Shown here: positions 1 through 14,602 of the stretch, in pieces | Layout: each line of letters begins with the position of its first letter | Position numbering within the stretch: the first letter of the stretch is position 1 | Assembly: GCF_963676685.1 (NCBI RefSeq) | Contig: NC_092349.1 | Coordinates: 77,500,001-77,564,000, forward strand | Source of the DNA: Mytilus edulis | Lineage: Eukaryota | Direction: 5' to 3' | DNA: 64,000 bases | The notes under the pieces: model-generated | What the model was told of the DNA's origin: nothing | Database searches by the model: none | Seen by the model: only the letters and a program-made list of their open reading frames with translations | Position numbers and translations under genes: made by a program

Positions 1-3000
1 TAGACATGTTCAAGTTGGTAAACCCGGATATGTTTTTAGTCACATAGACAGTAGCCATTATAAATGTAACTACTCAATTAAAACGTATTAAAAAACACCC
101 AAAAAAAAATATGTTCTTTTGAATTTTTATTTTCATATCTTTCAAACTTTCATTTAACAACTTAAATTACATAATTATTCTAATAAAAATAAATTAAATA
201 TAGGTTACAGAATGTTTTCTCTCTCATGTAATCGAGTTAAGGTTTCGTTAGGCCTTAGATATACATCGAAATTTCATAACATTTTACCTTTTGGCTTTTT
301 AATATGCTATTTTTCATATTTATAGCTTTAAATTTTTATAATTAGATGACAAACTAAGAATCAAAAACCTATTAATCATCTAATAATCATCTTACACCGA
401 ACATTAAATATGTTTTAAAACACAACACGTTGTAACATAAATATCGGACGTTTTACATATATATCTTTTGGCAATACATTTATGTGCGCAGTTTCGTGTG
501 CCAACTAATTGCTGATCAAAGGATAGTACTAAATCACTGTACTACAAAGTCACATATAAAGATTAACGTATGAACTATCTAAAAGCGTAATTACAAAATT
601 TTACTTTAAAAGTATGTGAATGTTCATGTGCACATATACAAAGAAATGCACTATGTATAATTGTGTACAAAGAACTAAAATGTCAAAATGTCAAGGTGAA
701 ATTTACAAAAAGGCATATTTCCATTCTATTTTGTATTTCACTAACAACGACAAATTCTAAACGTTTAAAAATTCCTACTGAAAATTGAAAATTAAAAAGT
801 CTATATCATATTCTTAAAAAAATATATGACAATTTTACATTTTTTCTGTAAAATTAATATTTTATTTAGCGCTATTTAAATGTGTCCATTCCCCTTTCTA
901 TCTCCGAAAAGTGTTAATACAATTTAAAACCCTAGCTATTTTCTTAACAAACTTACGTATTGCACCGTGTGATGATTCCTGTATTTGATATAATATGTAT
1001 TTACTTGATATAAGCTGTATTGCTTTTTTGAATTAAGAATCATATATTCAATGACCCAATTGTTATCTAAACTGGTCATTTTGTAATTTAATAATTTATA
1101 ATTTGTTCGCATAGTTTCATTGTACCCTAACACGATATCCACTTCATACTTCTCTATACTGATGACGTAATGCATTGGACGTTTGAAAGTAAATATGGTG
1201 AAATTAAGAAAAACGATGATACTTTTACGAATAAATATGATAATATTAGGAATGCATAAAATACAATTAAGAATAAAGAATACATATAATGAAATTAAGA
1301 ATAAGTATAATAATATCAGCAAATGTAAACAATCATCAGTAAAGGAGGGACTTCGTAGAAGAGTGTTTTTCGGTTGACTGGAATAATATACAATTGAAGT
1401 ACTTTATTAACAAAATTAAAATATGAATACGGATAATAATTCAAAATTTTTAAATATGTACAAAAAAATTACCTGTTAGTTTGTTCCTGTCAATCACCCA
1501 TTATATGTTATGTACTATATATAGCCAGTTACATTCGGTTTTAGTGAACTTTAGTCAACGCATTACATTACATTATAGGTATGTCTAATAAAATGTTCAA
1601 TATTAATTTATTATGATTCATTTATTAATCCAACAACCGAAAGACCATATACAGTACGGAACATATTTTTCTTGATAACCATATTTTGTTTATAGATATA
1701 AAAAAAAAACCTTACGGAATATTAACCATAAAGCGTCCAGTTCATTGTAGTCAATATTAAGACTATGTTTTGGAATGTGAATGATTTAAGACCAAACTAT
1801 TTGTAACTTTTTACTTCAAACTCATGAGCATGAAACTGATACAAATGAAATTTAAAAAAGAAACATAATTTACTATTATCAATCACGCAGTTCAAATGGA
1901 ACTATAGTTTCAATTCATTTTGCTATATCAAATAATTATTTGACCGTCCCCTTTCGACCTTGGTTTGACTGTATATCTTTTTCCCCATATGCATGTGCCA
2001 TACTACTGGTTTCCGAGAAGTGTTGTAGTATTGCATTGACATTTTTGTCAGGACAAGACAACCTTACGAACCTCCGATACAAGAAATCAAACGTAATTGA
2101 AAGATTTTAACGTGTTGCATTCAAACGAATCGTTGACTAAATATTAAATGAAAATTATAAATTTCAATGTTAACTAAATGGCTTTAGATATTATTATGTT
2201 GGCGTTGAATGTCCGATAGAACTGTACAATCATAACAGAAAAAGATCGACAATAGATATTTGCGTTGAATGTCCGATAGTACAGTGAGTAAAGAAGCGGA
2301 ACGACATATAGATACGCATATGTCACGTAAAACCTATATACTTCATCCATAAAATTAATGGTGCATTGAAATAATTATTGATAATGATTTTTACGTCTCA
2401 AACGGCCAACTTTCAATAGAGAATACATATATATAGAGAGAGAAAGATTGGACTTTTAAATTTTATTGCTACAGCTAAGCCTGAATGCTTGATTGTACAG
2501 TCAGGAGTCTACTTCGTCAAAATTATCTCCCCATTACGCCAGTTCATTTTCACAATCGTAGAAATGGAAGCCATTGTAGGGATGACGCGCTACCAATATT
2601 GCTCTTGGAAACCGATAAATTTATCCACATTGCACCATTACGATCCTTATATGTCAGTTGTATTTTAAAAGACAAAGCTAATGAGCATCAGTTAAAAATC
2701 TAGTCTGCATTGATTCAACGTTGTCAGGTGGAATTTTCGAAAATTCATAAACATTTAAAAAAATTCTAATTAAATATTTCGTGGAAGGGCAGACTAGATT
2801 TTTTTTAGTGTATGAAGACTATAAACCCTAGTAATCACACACAAAAAATTAGAATTTTTCGAAGATATGCATTTTCATCATCCAACTTGAAAGACTCATT
2901 ACATAGGTATTTCACTTGACCCATATATTTCATCTCTTAGTACTGTGATTTTTTTGTGTTATAAAGTCAACCTGTAGCTTTAATATATAAAAATGATAGA

Positions 3001-3747
3001 ATCTGAAGCGAGACGATGTATGAAATATTCTTACTTTGTACGATATCAAGACAAAATACTCAACTCAAACACGCCCTAACATAAAAAGGTGTACTCGATT
3101 TTCTCTTTTCGATACAATTGTTACCCATTTTTTGGAATTTTTTCTTCAGTCACATAATGGAAGGGCAGACACGAAAATTACTGAACTAATAGATTGATAT
3201 GTTTTCCGTCCGTGGTAATTTTTTCATAAAAATCGGAGGTTATGCATTTTCTTTATCCAACTTGAAAGATACCCATGTCGTCGACTTGATATCTAATTGT
3301 TCTGCTTAACTATGTACTAGATAAATTGAAAACTTATGCAAATGGTGTTAAAAAAATAAAACACCTCGTAATTGAGAAGAAAATTGCAATTTTGTTTGTT
3401 TCTATTAACTATTAAAAATTTTGTCACTAGAGTAAACAATACAGTAAACATTTATCGTCTTCTCTAACAAAGAGCTTCGATTCTTTTGTTCTATTTCAAC
3501 CTGGTTTCCGACTGTGTATATTTAAACATTTTTTATATTTCGTTAAGTACATCTATACGTGGGTTTATGACTAATGTCTCGTCATGAAGTTTTGATGTTT
3601 TACGAACCCAATAACTACTGCATCGAACGTGCATTACGACTTGGTTACCCTTTAAGGTATTGCATGATCGGGTCTCGGGTACTGAAAGGTGGGTATGCAT
3701 GTGGTTAAACTGGTTCCAGTTCATCTATCCACACTTTGGATTTCAAT

Positions 3748-3922
3748 GGAACTTTCAATGGTAGAACTTTCAGTGGAACTTTCAATGGTAGAACTTTCAG
3801 TGGAACTTTCAATGGTAGAACTTTCAGTGGAACTTTCAATGGTAGAACTTTCAGTGGAACTTTCAATAGTAGAACTTTCAGTGGAACTTTCAATGGTAGA
3901 ACTTTCAGTGGAACTTTCAATG
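3748..3922. repeat. 27-bp minisatellite (GGAACTTTCAATGGTAGAACTTTCAGT) x ~6.5
   Basis: Near-perfect tandem copies read directly; explains the three repetitive ORFs at 3689-3968. Confidence 0.95.
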
Positions 3923-6900
3923 AATCTTTAGTATATAGTGTTGTTTTATATCTCCTATTTTGATCCATATTGTTATCGTAGTTTCCAAATTAATTTGATT
4001 TGTCATATTTACAACAAAAAAAGATACTAATCTTTTATGTACTCTCACTGAGTAGTCACTAGATTTCAGATGAAACTTTAATTAAAACTTTATTACATTA
4101 TGCCATGTGCACCGTCTGTTTTAATTATTATTTTTATATTAGGATTGTCACTTACAAAAACATAGTCTTTCTTTCATATAAGTGGTCAAGTTTGTTACTT
4201 GTCTCTGGTATATTGTTGTCTGTTTTCCTTTTAATTATGATGTTAACTGTTCCATTTCTACCCTTGCTACTGGAGCACCTCAGGTCACCCTGAATGTGTG
4301 GTGCCCTCTCTCCCTCTCTCTGGTTGATGGTCAGTATATTGGCAATCATGCCACACCTCATTATTTTTGGTTAATCGTTATAATAATATATGTTTATCAA
4401 ATTAAGTGTAAACAAAAATAAAGCTTTAATGTTCCTTCCATTTTGACTGAAGATTTCAACATTGGAGACAGCTATGTATACCAAAGCTTATATAATTAAA
4501 TGATTGTATAAACAATATTATAAACAATATATAGTGAACTATAGTACGCTATTGGACATCTGAATTTGTACATCTCACAATATTCCGTCAATACAAACAT
4601 CACTGATATCTCAGCTATTACTTCGAGAGATGAGATGGAAATTTTCAAGGACTTAAAGGCTGTATCATCTGACAGATTCCGACGATCTTATCACGTAACG
4701 TTATAAATAAGTACATGTTACACAGAAGTATAATTCATTTTCTAGTTCAGATTTTAGAAGAGGGGATTATTATTCATATGTAATACAGTACAGACATACC
4801 AAACATGCAACTCGTGCCTAACGTGACACTAACAACGGGTTTTATGGCAGTCTAGCTGATCGTTACTGTATTCGCAAGGTCATGCAAACAAAAAATGATA
4901 GCAGTCCGCGGTCAAGCGTTAAGTACTGTTCGAAATGGACACTTTAAAAGAAAACTTATGAATGTATTTTGTCATTTCATTTTCTATATACTAATTTGTG
5001 CACAAAATGACGCTGGGCATTTCTGAAAGTTATCATTTTCACTCCAGACTATTCTCATTGCTGTTTAAAGATCTTTAAATATATTTAAAAAAAAATTACA
5101 TCGGCCGATATTAGAGTCTACAGCACTAGAGTGTAAGACATATGATAAAATTGTCTGCAATAAAAACAACAGTCTGGAATTATTATTTTACTTTGACCTA
5201 TAATTGTTTTCACTACTTTTTACACATTGTGGCTTGGATGAAGCGTTTTTTCATTGGAACCAATACCACATCTTCTTAGTTCCATGTAACATGTTAAAAT
5301 ACATAGTTATATATAACTAAATGACATAGCTTAATATAGCACCAGTTCTGTTTACCCTGACATAATTAAAGGAACAAATATAATAATTGCTCATATCATT
5401 TAAGTTATGAAACAAATAGAAATATAGATTAAATGTATGAATTATGAAATTAACCTATGAAGAAAGTTGTATGAATCACACCTGTTATCAATACAGTTAT
5501 TTGCTGACCACAAATATTGACCAATACTGTTCCCTTGATTAGTTCATTAGCACGGGGAGATTTATTGAATTTTATAAAATATTCCTAATTTCTTGACACT
5601 GGAGAAGCAAGAATTCACAGTAAAATTTAATTTGTGATTATAGTATTGATGTGTATTGTTTGTTTTGTTGGATAAATAGACCCACGAACAAGTTATTGAT
5701 ATGAGACGGACCTTCACAGTACTAACAAAACTTCTATAGTTCGTTAAATAATGATACCAACACTGACCATTTCTAAAGCGCCCTTAATACTATGCATCAA
5801 ATATTGGGTAAAAGTCGTAAACCAAACTGTAAAGTATCAACTACATGTATATCATCTTATAGAAGTTACTTTAGTTTTAAATACAAACATATAAAAGTAT
5901 AAACGAATTTATTTATTTCAAGTTATATTTTTATTTCATAATTTTATAATTTCTAAATTTTACTTTCCTATTCATAACCAATCATATCAATAACATTCCA
6001 CTTCAAAATCAGGAACCACACCGAAGTTGCTGGCATTGCTAACTGTCGTGTCTTCTTTGTTATCATTGCCGTTTTTCAATTTAATACGATGATTCCCTTC
6101 CCCCTTGATTTTTGACAGTTTAGAATTTCTCGAGTTCTCCGTTTCTCGAGCTATCCGTATATGATACTTTACTATATGCTTCTTGTGTCAATGTACGTAA
6201 AGGCAACTCGATTATGAACATCGAAGCAAAGTTTGATATGAATTATTTTTTTCAGCAAATTTCTATTCCTAGTAGTGTTGCTATTAAACTATAGGTGAAG
6301 AAAAATCAGTAAGAGAGTGTAAATGTTTGACCGTTAATGAAGTAGCAGAACAACGAATAACCAGGAAGTTAAAAAATATAAAATGTACAAATTTTCAAAA
6401 TCTTACAGATTATGGGTTATCTCATTGTTCGTACACAAAAATGAAAATGACGTTATATCATAGTTTGATTTCCCATTTGTTAGAACATTTGAAACATATT
6501 AAAACACGTTGATGTTCGCATTTGTAAATATCGCAAAACTGAATAGCACTAAATTCTGAAAGGTCGAATTTTAAACAGGAAATAGTTTAGTCAAAATAAA
6601 ATATCGGGTAGATGTATGGAATTTATTTTTTCAGTAATTACCCTTCAAATTTTGAAGGTCTTAAACAAGAACCAATTTTATAGAGCGCTATACGAATAAA
6701 AAGATTTATAAAAAAAAAAGCGAAATGATGCCAATAATGGTGTGCACTCTCAATGTACTAAAAAACAATTGAATGAGCTACATTTTTCTCCAACAGGTTT
6801 CACAACTTTTTGATATTTATCATGACATTTTCCCCAACCGGTTTCAGAACGTTAATTTAATCTGTATGAATGATTAAAAAAAGATATGAAAATTGTTGAA

Positions 6901-9230
6901 TAAATGTACATAATTAACGTACTCTTAGTACACTTGTGTACACAGACAGATCTTAACATGTTCATGTTGCTTTAAGTTTCAATTTTTAATACAAAATCTT
7001 CTTTTCAGAGATTTTGGTTTTGTCAGTTAGCTGACTATAGTCATTTTACCAATAAGATTAAACCTGTTGATATTTACTGCACTGTAGCATGTTGATCCTA
7101 AGATTAAAACAATTGTAGTGATTTATTACTTTTGAATTCAATTAAGGTATTAATAAGTCCTCTCGACATTTCCCTTACAAGATTTGTGATGGTTATAGGT
7201 TTTCCCTCGCAATAGAATAAAAATGCCATCGTGTAAATTACGGTTCAAACCAGAACTATATTAAGGGCACATTTTTCATTCAAAATTTTCTTTATTTAGT
7301 TTTAATTATGCAACTGAATACTAGTACAATAAATAACACGAAATGATGCCAATGAATTTTGTACAGTCTGAGAAGGGTCAAATATTTTTTTAAGCAAATG
7401 CAATGATTTTGAAGAGACCAAATGTACGTCCAATACGCATATGTTTTAGCAGATATTTCTTAAACATAATTAAGCAGAGTAATTAAATCTTATAAGTATT
7501 TAACCTTTTGTAAAACATTAATATATATATATGTATATATATTTTATTATGCAGCATACCAGCAGGGTAATGACACCTGCGTCATCAAAAATGCACATCA
7601 TAGTATTTACAAACAACATTATATGATTGTAGTAAAAATGGTATAAGATACTTGCAAAAGGCCTTAAAAGTCTTATAAATACATTAACGCTAAAATATCA
7701 TAATAAATTGGTTATTTACAGTGACAATTTCATATGCACAAATACTTTGAAATCTTTCATCCATAAAAGATTTAAAAAAAAAACCAACTTAACACTGAAA
7801 ACGTTCACACACAGTTCAAGATATTATACATTGGAAATCTTATCAATTTGAAAAGAACGTTCATTCATTACGTCTACAAGGTATTTTTTAACGATCTTAT
7901 CTAAACTATTACATAAGTCTGGAGAATACAAGTATCCCAGATCACCTATCATGAACTATATTGTAAAACATTAAAAAAAAAAAAAATACTAACAAATATC
8001 TTTATCAGTCGTACTGATTGTCTTTCGAAAAAGTGTGATTTCATACATGTACTTTATCATATCTATGAATTTAAATATTTCGGAATAAATATCATAGAAT
8101 CATACATTTTCTCGTGTCGGGGCCTTTAATAGCCGACTATATATACAGTTTTGGGTTTTCTCATTGTTGAAGGACGTGTTGTTGCCTATAATTGATTACA
8201 TGCACTTGATTTGAACTTTGGTTTGACGATCATACCACATCTCCTAATTTTTATACATGCCACTCGTATCTTTAAAAAACGAAAGCATAGTTTGGCACGA
8301 CCTTGGCTATATGAGTAGACAATATATGTATAGTCAAAGCGTACAAAATGAGGAGAGAATATCAAACAATACTTTTATCCATGATATTGGAGTCTAATAC
8401 ATGAGACATATTGTTTCCTCACGTTCTAAACGTTAGACTAGTTGAGCTTTTTAAACTGATATAAGCACCTCTTTATAACATTTGACATGTGACTTTATTG
8501 CTTTTTCTGATAGGATTGACGAAACATGTCACCGAAACTTGTTATAACGTTGTAATTAGTTTTTTAATGGCAGAAGACCTCAAATTCAGACGTTTTCTTT
8601 TTCTTAATATATTTTAAAGAAAACCAAAAGTACTAAAGAATCAATTGAATGTAATAAATTCTAGCGCGAGACTAAATGATATTCCTTAATATTTATCGAC
8701 AAGATATTGTTGTTAGAATATAAATAACAATTAACATAAGACACAAAACCAATTGGACAAATAAAGAAAGGATCTCTTTGGGACAGTTCGCGAAGTTAAG
8801 GACGAACGAAGTCATTCGATCTGAAAGCTTTAGGCGATGCCAACCCCTGCGCTTAAGTCGTTCGCTCCGGAATAGTAAATTGTACTGTAATTTCTTATAG
8901 TTGAACTAAAATATGCTGCAATCAAATACTACATAGCTATTGAAAAACGCCTCCAACCTTTAACATCACTCAGACAGCTTTTTATACAATATACGTCACA
9001 TCAAATTTTAAAAAAAAAAGAGCTGAATACTGTGTGCCATGACAAAATGGGTGACATTTTGTTTTGAACTTGTATTATTTCTAAAGTATCAAGCATTTAA
9101 ACCTGTTCTTCACAAGTAAAAACTTTGAAATTCATACTGAACTTGAAATATACTTGATCAACTAACAGCATATTGTCTGATATAAGTTCTTAGAAGGCTA
9201 ATGAGGAATATAGTAAAGAAAGCTACTCAC

Positions 9231-9255
9231 CATGTAACAGTCATCTGGTCTCTCT
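9231..9255 (-). other. Candidate 25-nt micro-exon of an unidentified host gene
   Basis: Minus strand reads ttttgtacttttttctgcag|AGAGAGACCAGATGACTGTTACATG|gtgagtag, with a strong acceptor and a consensus donor. No partner exons identified. Confidence 0.35.
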
Positions 9256-10849
9256 CTGCAGAAAAAAGTACAAAATTATTACTATTATCGCTTAATACCG
9301 TAGTAATTTTTGAATATAATTGACCGGTTTCATGACGCTTGAAAATGTATTACATATATACAAAAACTAACATGTACGTATAAGACGCCCCCGAAGTAGG
9401 GACGATATTACGCATTAGAATTAATTTTTTTAATTTAAATTTAATGCTTTTTTGTGTTATTTATGTTTCATTTTTTTTTTTTTTTGGCAAGTGGAATATA
9501 TCTAAATAAGAGGTGTCCATTAGTCAAACCAACCACAGCATTTTAACGAGTCGTTAATTCGGATTCGGGTTTTTTCGTCATTTATATCAAAAAGCAATAA
9601 AACATATGTATGAATAAAAACATATTTATAGATAAAATAGTAATATGATTTAAGGAACTTTAAAAGTACACCATTAAAACACAAGTGTGAACTATGATTA
9701 ATGTTATATCTAATATAAAAATGCTTTTATCGTTTTTATACAATTTATAATTTATCAACTCTTTAAAAGTTTTCAAAATTTGTTTAATTAATATCTAGAC
9801 CTTTTTCAGTTTCAAATCAGGGCTTTTTTTAATAATAATTTACGTTGAAATGAACAAAGGATTCCATAATGATCCGAATAAAGTTGATGAGACATTGGGA
9901 AAATATTCTAACAATCAAAAAGGTAATCTCCGATTCATGTCATGAAATGTAAATAAATATTGCTACTGATTTTGACCATAGGAATATAGGAACATGGATA
10001 GAAACTCAAATGGAGACTTTACGACCGAACGTCCAACACATTGCTCTCAATACATGCGTTTTGTCTGAAACAATAGTTTTCGTCTACCTAAAGTCTACCT
10101 GCAAGAACATTAGCATATCTTCGTTTATTACCATGTTCTGTTGAGAATCAAGTAAAAAAAAACAAAAAAACAGCGGCATGTAATTCAGTTACGTAAAGAA
10201 ACGGAAACAAACATTGTTTTTTTTCTGTATAAATGGTTATAATTGTAAATCAATTTTAAAAGATAGATAAAAAATATAGAAGAATAAATTTTAAAAATAT
10301 GAACTTTCCCCAGACTTTTGCTGATAATTCAAAAAATATATTAAAAAATCGTATAAACTGTCTGAAGTTTATATGCATGTAAAGCTAAATGATAGTAAGC
10401 GTTAAAACATTACATGATTATAAATCACAGATTCCGATATTTTCTGTTAAAAAAAGTAAAATAATCTCCCACTTACCACAGTCGTTCTGACAAGATTCCA
10501 TTAAGTTATTTGTCAAATGATTATCTCCTCGATTTCTAACCTTTATAACTTTAATATGGAAATTATTGTATAATTCCGAGTGCCAAATTTCATAAGTGTT
10601 CACTAGGGTGAAAAAGATATCTTATCTTCTTTTTCCGGAAAAATGAACATATTGCTCCCAATGCGATCAAAAATTAGAATAGTAAGAAATTATCAGTGAA
10701 ATCAATGCCAATTGGTACGGGAGGTTTGATGGTTGTTTTATTGATATATTACCGTTATTAACCTCTCGTCAGCAGTGTACAAGATTAGAAAGGAAACCAA
10801 TTTGTAATAAATTAATGTATAAATCTTATGATTATTGTTTTGTAGACTG

Positions 10850-10975
10850 AGTTTGATGATACCCATGTAATACAGTGGTTGGTATATTGCGTATGTTGGG
10901 TTGTTTACCCAGTTTGATGATACCCATGTAATACAGTGGTTAGTATATAACGTATGTTGGATTGTTTACTCAATT
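10850..10975. repeat. ~61-bp tandem duplication
   Basis: agtttgatgatacccatgtaatacagtggtt... occurs twice head-to-tail. Confidence 0.85.
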
Positions 10976-12059
10976 TAGGTTATTGCACTTATATATGACT
11001 AGCAAATGAATGTCTGCAAAAGTCTAATTTTATATTTAAATACAACTTTTAAGATGAGGAACTGCAATGAAAGCGCCTTTTCTTTAAAAAATTGTTTCTT
11101 CCAACCTGTCTGTTATGGGTTTGTTACATCATTTAAGTACACCACATATCCTTTCTTACACCAAGTATATTATAGTATACATACATGAGTATTTTTTTAT
11201 AAAGATTATGTCCCTTTTTTTAACACATCCTTTCTTACAGGGAGTTTTATATTTGGAACAGTTAAAACGTATTCGGATAATTGAACCACATTAAGGTAGA
11301 ATACTTCTACAAGACACATTATTTGATGAAGTTAAAAAGTTAATACAATACCATTGATTTTCTATTAATAGTATATTCAAATGCAAACTTTAAACAAATT
11401 ATAAAATCTTTATTTTTTCTTCGTTTATTACCTAATAGCGTTTGGGTAGTTAATTAACAGGGTGGTCTTTTGACGAGAAAAAAAGGCATTTTGAAATTTA
11501 CTAAGAAAAGAAAAGTACTCATACATTAGAATGACAATACAATAAGAGTAGACAAACACACTGTAAAATTAGGTTTGAAATGGCTTGAGTCATCAGATTG
11601 GCACAGAGCAAAATAAAAATCCAACAAACATTAAGACGAAATGCACTAAGTACTGATTTAAGAGTGATCGAAGTTACTGAAAACTGCAATTAGAATTATA
11701 AGACTAAAGATCAAATGACGTCGAAGTTATCAACTGTAGTTACCGTCCGACATTCAACAATGATCAACAGCTATATAGCATATAGTTAGCTAGAATAGAC
11801 CCGAAATGTAATATCCAGCAACAAACAACATCCAATGAAATACGGCATCCCAACTTGGGAGAGATGTGAAGGGGTTATACCAGTTCAAAGCAATTAAATC
11901 TAAAAATATCATGTTCCCCAAAACAGAGTTATCAATCAGTGCATATCCAACGGATTTAGTGTAAAGCACCATAAAAAATGAGATAAGCATTACCTTGTTA
12001 ATATAAAAAAAAATAGTACAATGAAGTTTATTATTATATCTTCTTATTGCGTTATCCTT

Positions 12060-12242
12060 AAAATTGAGAATGGAAATGGTGAATGTGTCAAAGAGACAAC
12101 AACCCGACCATAGAAAAAACAACAGCAGAAGGTCACCAACAGGTTTTCAATGTAGCGAGAAATTCCCGCACCCGGAGGCGTCCTTCAGCTGGCCCCTAAA
12201 CAAATATATACTAGTTCAGTGATAATGAACGCCATACTAATT
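12060..12242 (-). mobile_element. Fragment of an abundant dispersed repeat, probably a retroelement 3' end
   Basis: aaaattgagaatggaaatggtgaatgtgtcaaagagacaacaacccgacc has a second diverged copy at ~45378-45456. Family assignment is from recall only. Confidence 0.6.
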
Positions 12243-12954
12243 ATACTTGCATGCATAAAGGGAATGACGAATTTTCGTTCTTTTATGTTTTTTGTTTTTT
12301 TTAGCTTTGTACGTAAAATCAGACACTTTTTAAATGTCTACTGTCCTGATTTGTTTCAATTCAAAACCAAGAAGACTTTATGCAAATCATTGATTTATGC
12401 TATATTATTTTGCAAAACAATACATTAATGTATCATATATTTCATTTGTCATTAAAATTTAAATTTAAGTATCAAATGTTGTCTTTCATTTTTCCATTAT
12501 CAAATTGAATATCTACCGTCTCAATATAAAAGGCAGATCAAAGCGACGATAAAAATAAGTTCGAAATGACACGAAGCGAGATGAAAAAATATTCCCTTAA
12601 ACTGTCTTAAACTTCTCCCGCCGGTTTTCTAACTCTTTGTAGCTGTGTTGGATTTAAGAGTAAATGCCGTTTTATTTTCAATGGCGTACGATTCTACAGA
12701 AAAGCCTTATAGAACATCAGTATTTTGTTACAAGAAATCGATATGTTATTTGCAAAATGATACAGAAACTATGAATTTTTAATACAAATATATTTTATAG
12801 GTATATGTGCAACATAACAACTTAAGTCAGAATGGAAAAAATCCTCTTGTTAAAATAAAACTATTTCAATATTTTTTCTCATCCTTGAGTCAAGGAGTAT
12901 GACTGCTTTCTGATTTAAGAATCACACAGGAGGAATGCATGGTCTTTAATAAGA

Positions 12955-13220
12955 TATAAGAGTGGTATGAGTGCTATTGAGACAACTCTCCTGTATGAGT
13001 GCCAATGAGACAACTCTCTATCCAAGTCACAATTTGTAAAAGTAAACCATATAGGTCAAAGTACGGTGTTCAACACGGACCATTGGCTTACAAGGAACAG
13101 CTAGTTAAAAAGTACCTTTATATATATAGGAAGATGTGGTATGAGTGCTAATGAGACAACTCTACATCAAAGTCACAATTTATAAAAGTAAACCATTATA
13201 AGTCAAGGTACGGTCGGTTA
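12955..13220. repeat. Cluster of copies of dispersed repeat 'agatgtggtatgagtgccaatgagacaactctc'
   Basis: Three partial copies here. Further copies at ~13685, 31605, 31800, 55278 and 58555, and inverted at ~5200-5280, 8110-8255, 28085-28135, 47045-47200 and 62150-62215. Confidence 0.85.
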
Positions 13221-14120
13221 TACCTATTTTTTTTTTTTTTTTCAAAAAGTGATTAAGTGATTGTAGTTTATTTTGCTTAACGATCAGTGGCAAGTATTTC
13301 ATTCATGTTCAAGACGAAAGCATATTAATAAATAATACAACGAGTAGGTCCTGCATGTGATAGGGGTCGTCTGGAATTAAGGGCGGGAAATTTGGCATGC
13401 TGCTGGTAAAATGCCGGTAAATGTGGGAATGTGATAGACATTTGAAATATTTCACGAGAGCATCAAATTTAAGATTGCAAATTCCATACAACAGAGTGCT
13501 GATAGTCATTAATATATGATAGAAAACTGGTCATTTAAAGTATTACTATACAATTGTATACTTGAGGTGAGAAGCCTGTCTTGGATCTTTGTTGAGGCTG
13601 TTCAAAAATGATAGTGGTCAACTTCATTATGTAGCAAGACCACGAGGATTAGCATGGGGGAATAGCCATACTGGCATAGAAATGAGAAGATGTGTTTTGT
13701 GTGCCAATGACACAACTCTCCATCCAAGTCACAATGTCTGGATTTCTCCAAATAGGAAATATAAACTTAATGCGGCATGTTCATTTTGATTTTTTTTCTT
13801 CAATATACACATACGCAACTATTAAATCGTTTTATCCTGCAATCAGCCAACTATTGTACAAATGAAGGGTACACACATAAACATTTTTATTACTTTGGTT
13901 GCAATGAATTACATTGATTTCCCCGTTAAATAAAAACCGATAATTTCACATGTGAAATAAACGTGGTTATTTCACTCTCACGTCACACAACAATAGGCGT
14001 TGCCAAGACGTCGATAACGGCGGATCAAAACAAATTGTGAATGCGTAGAAAAAAGATATAGTTCCTTACATGTTTTACATTAATTTCTTTTAAAAAAAGG
14101 CATTTGCCAATGTAATAAAA

Positions 14121-14283
14121 AGAATAACTTATTAAAGAATTCAAATAACGAAAAATATTCAACTCGTGACCGAACAACACTGATAATTAATAACTCATGC
14201 GCTACGCGCATTCGTGAATTAATGTGTTGTTCGGTCACGCGTTGAATATTTTTCTCTATATGAATTCTTCGATTAGTTATTCT
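14121..14283. mobile_element. Palindromic (fold-back) element with GC core ATGCGC-TAC-GCGCAT
   Basis: Arms aatattcaactcgtgaccgaacaacac / gtgttgttcggtcacgcgttgaatatt are near-perfect inverted repeats around the core at 14197-14211. Confidence 0.75.
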
Positions 14284-14524
14284 ATAAGCTTTATTTGTAC
14301 TTTTACAAAAAGCGTCTCCTGTTATCCCGCCCTCAATGTTGAGCATACGGTAACGTGGATATTTCTTTTTCGAACCAGTCCATTTTGGGGTCCTCTTCGC
14401 GGTCCGTCGATTTCTTTGAAAGATTAGAGACACTGATTTAGATTTAAATAACTATATTTTCAAGTGTTGGGAGTAAATTTCAGGATAAAAACAATATATG
14501 TACATTGTCGGAAAATATAAAATT

Positions 14525-14602
14525 TATTTGTACTCGCTGCGAAACAGGAGAAAAGCTCGGCGAGCTTCGCTTTTCGTCCAGTTTCTAAAGCTCATACAAA
14601 TA
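14525..14602. mobile_element. Second, decayed palindromic element with core ctcggcgagcttcgc
   Basis: tatttgtactcgctgcgaaacaggagaaaagc is an imperfect inverted repeat of gcttttcgtccagtttctaaagctcatacaaata. Confidence 0.55.

Noticed and set aside
936-1377. 128-aa and 64-aa ORFs
   Set aside because: Low-complexity AT-driven composition (I/L/F/N/K/Y) and no recognisable domain.
3689-3968. Three repetitive ORFs (VELSM, KVPLKVLP, GTFNGRTF)
   Set aside because: Open in several frames only because of a stop-free 27-bp minisatellite.
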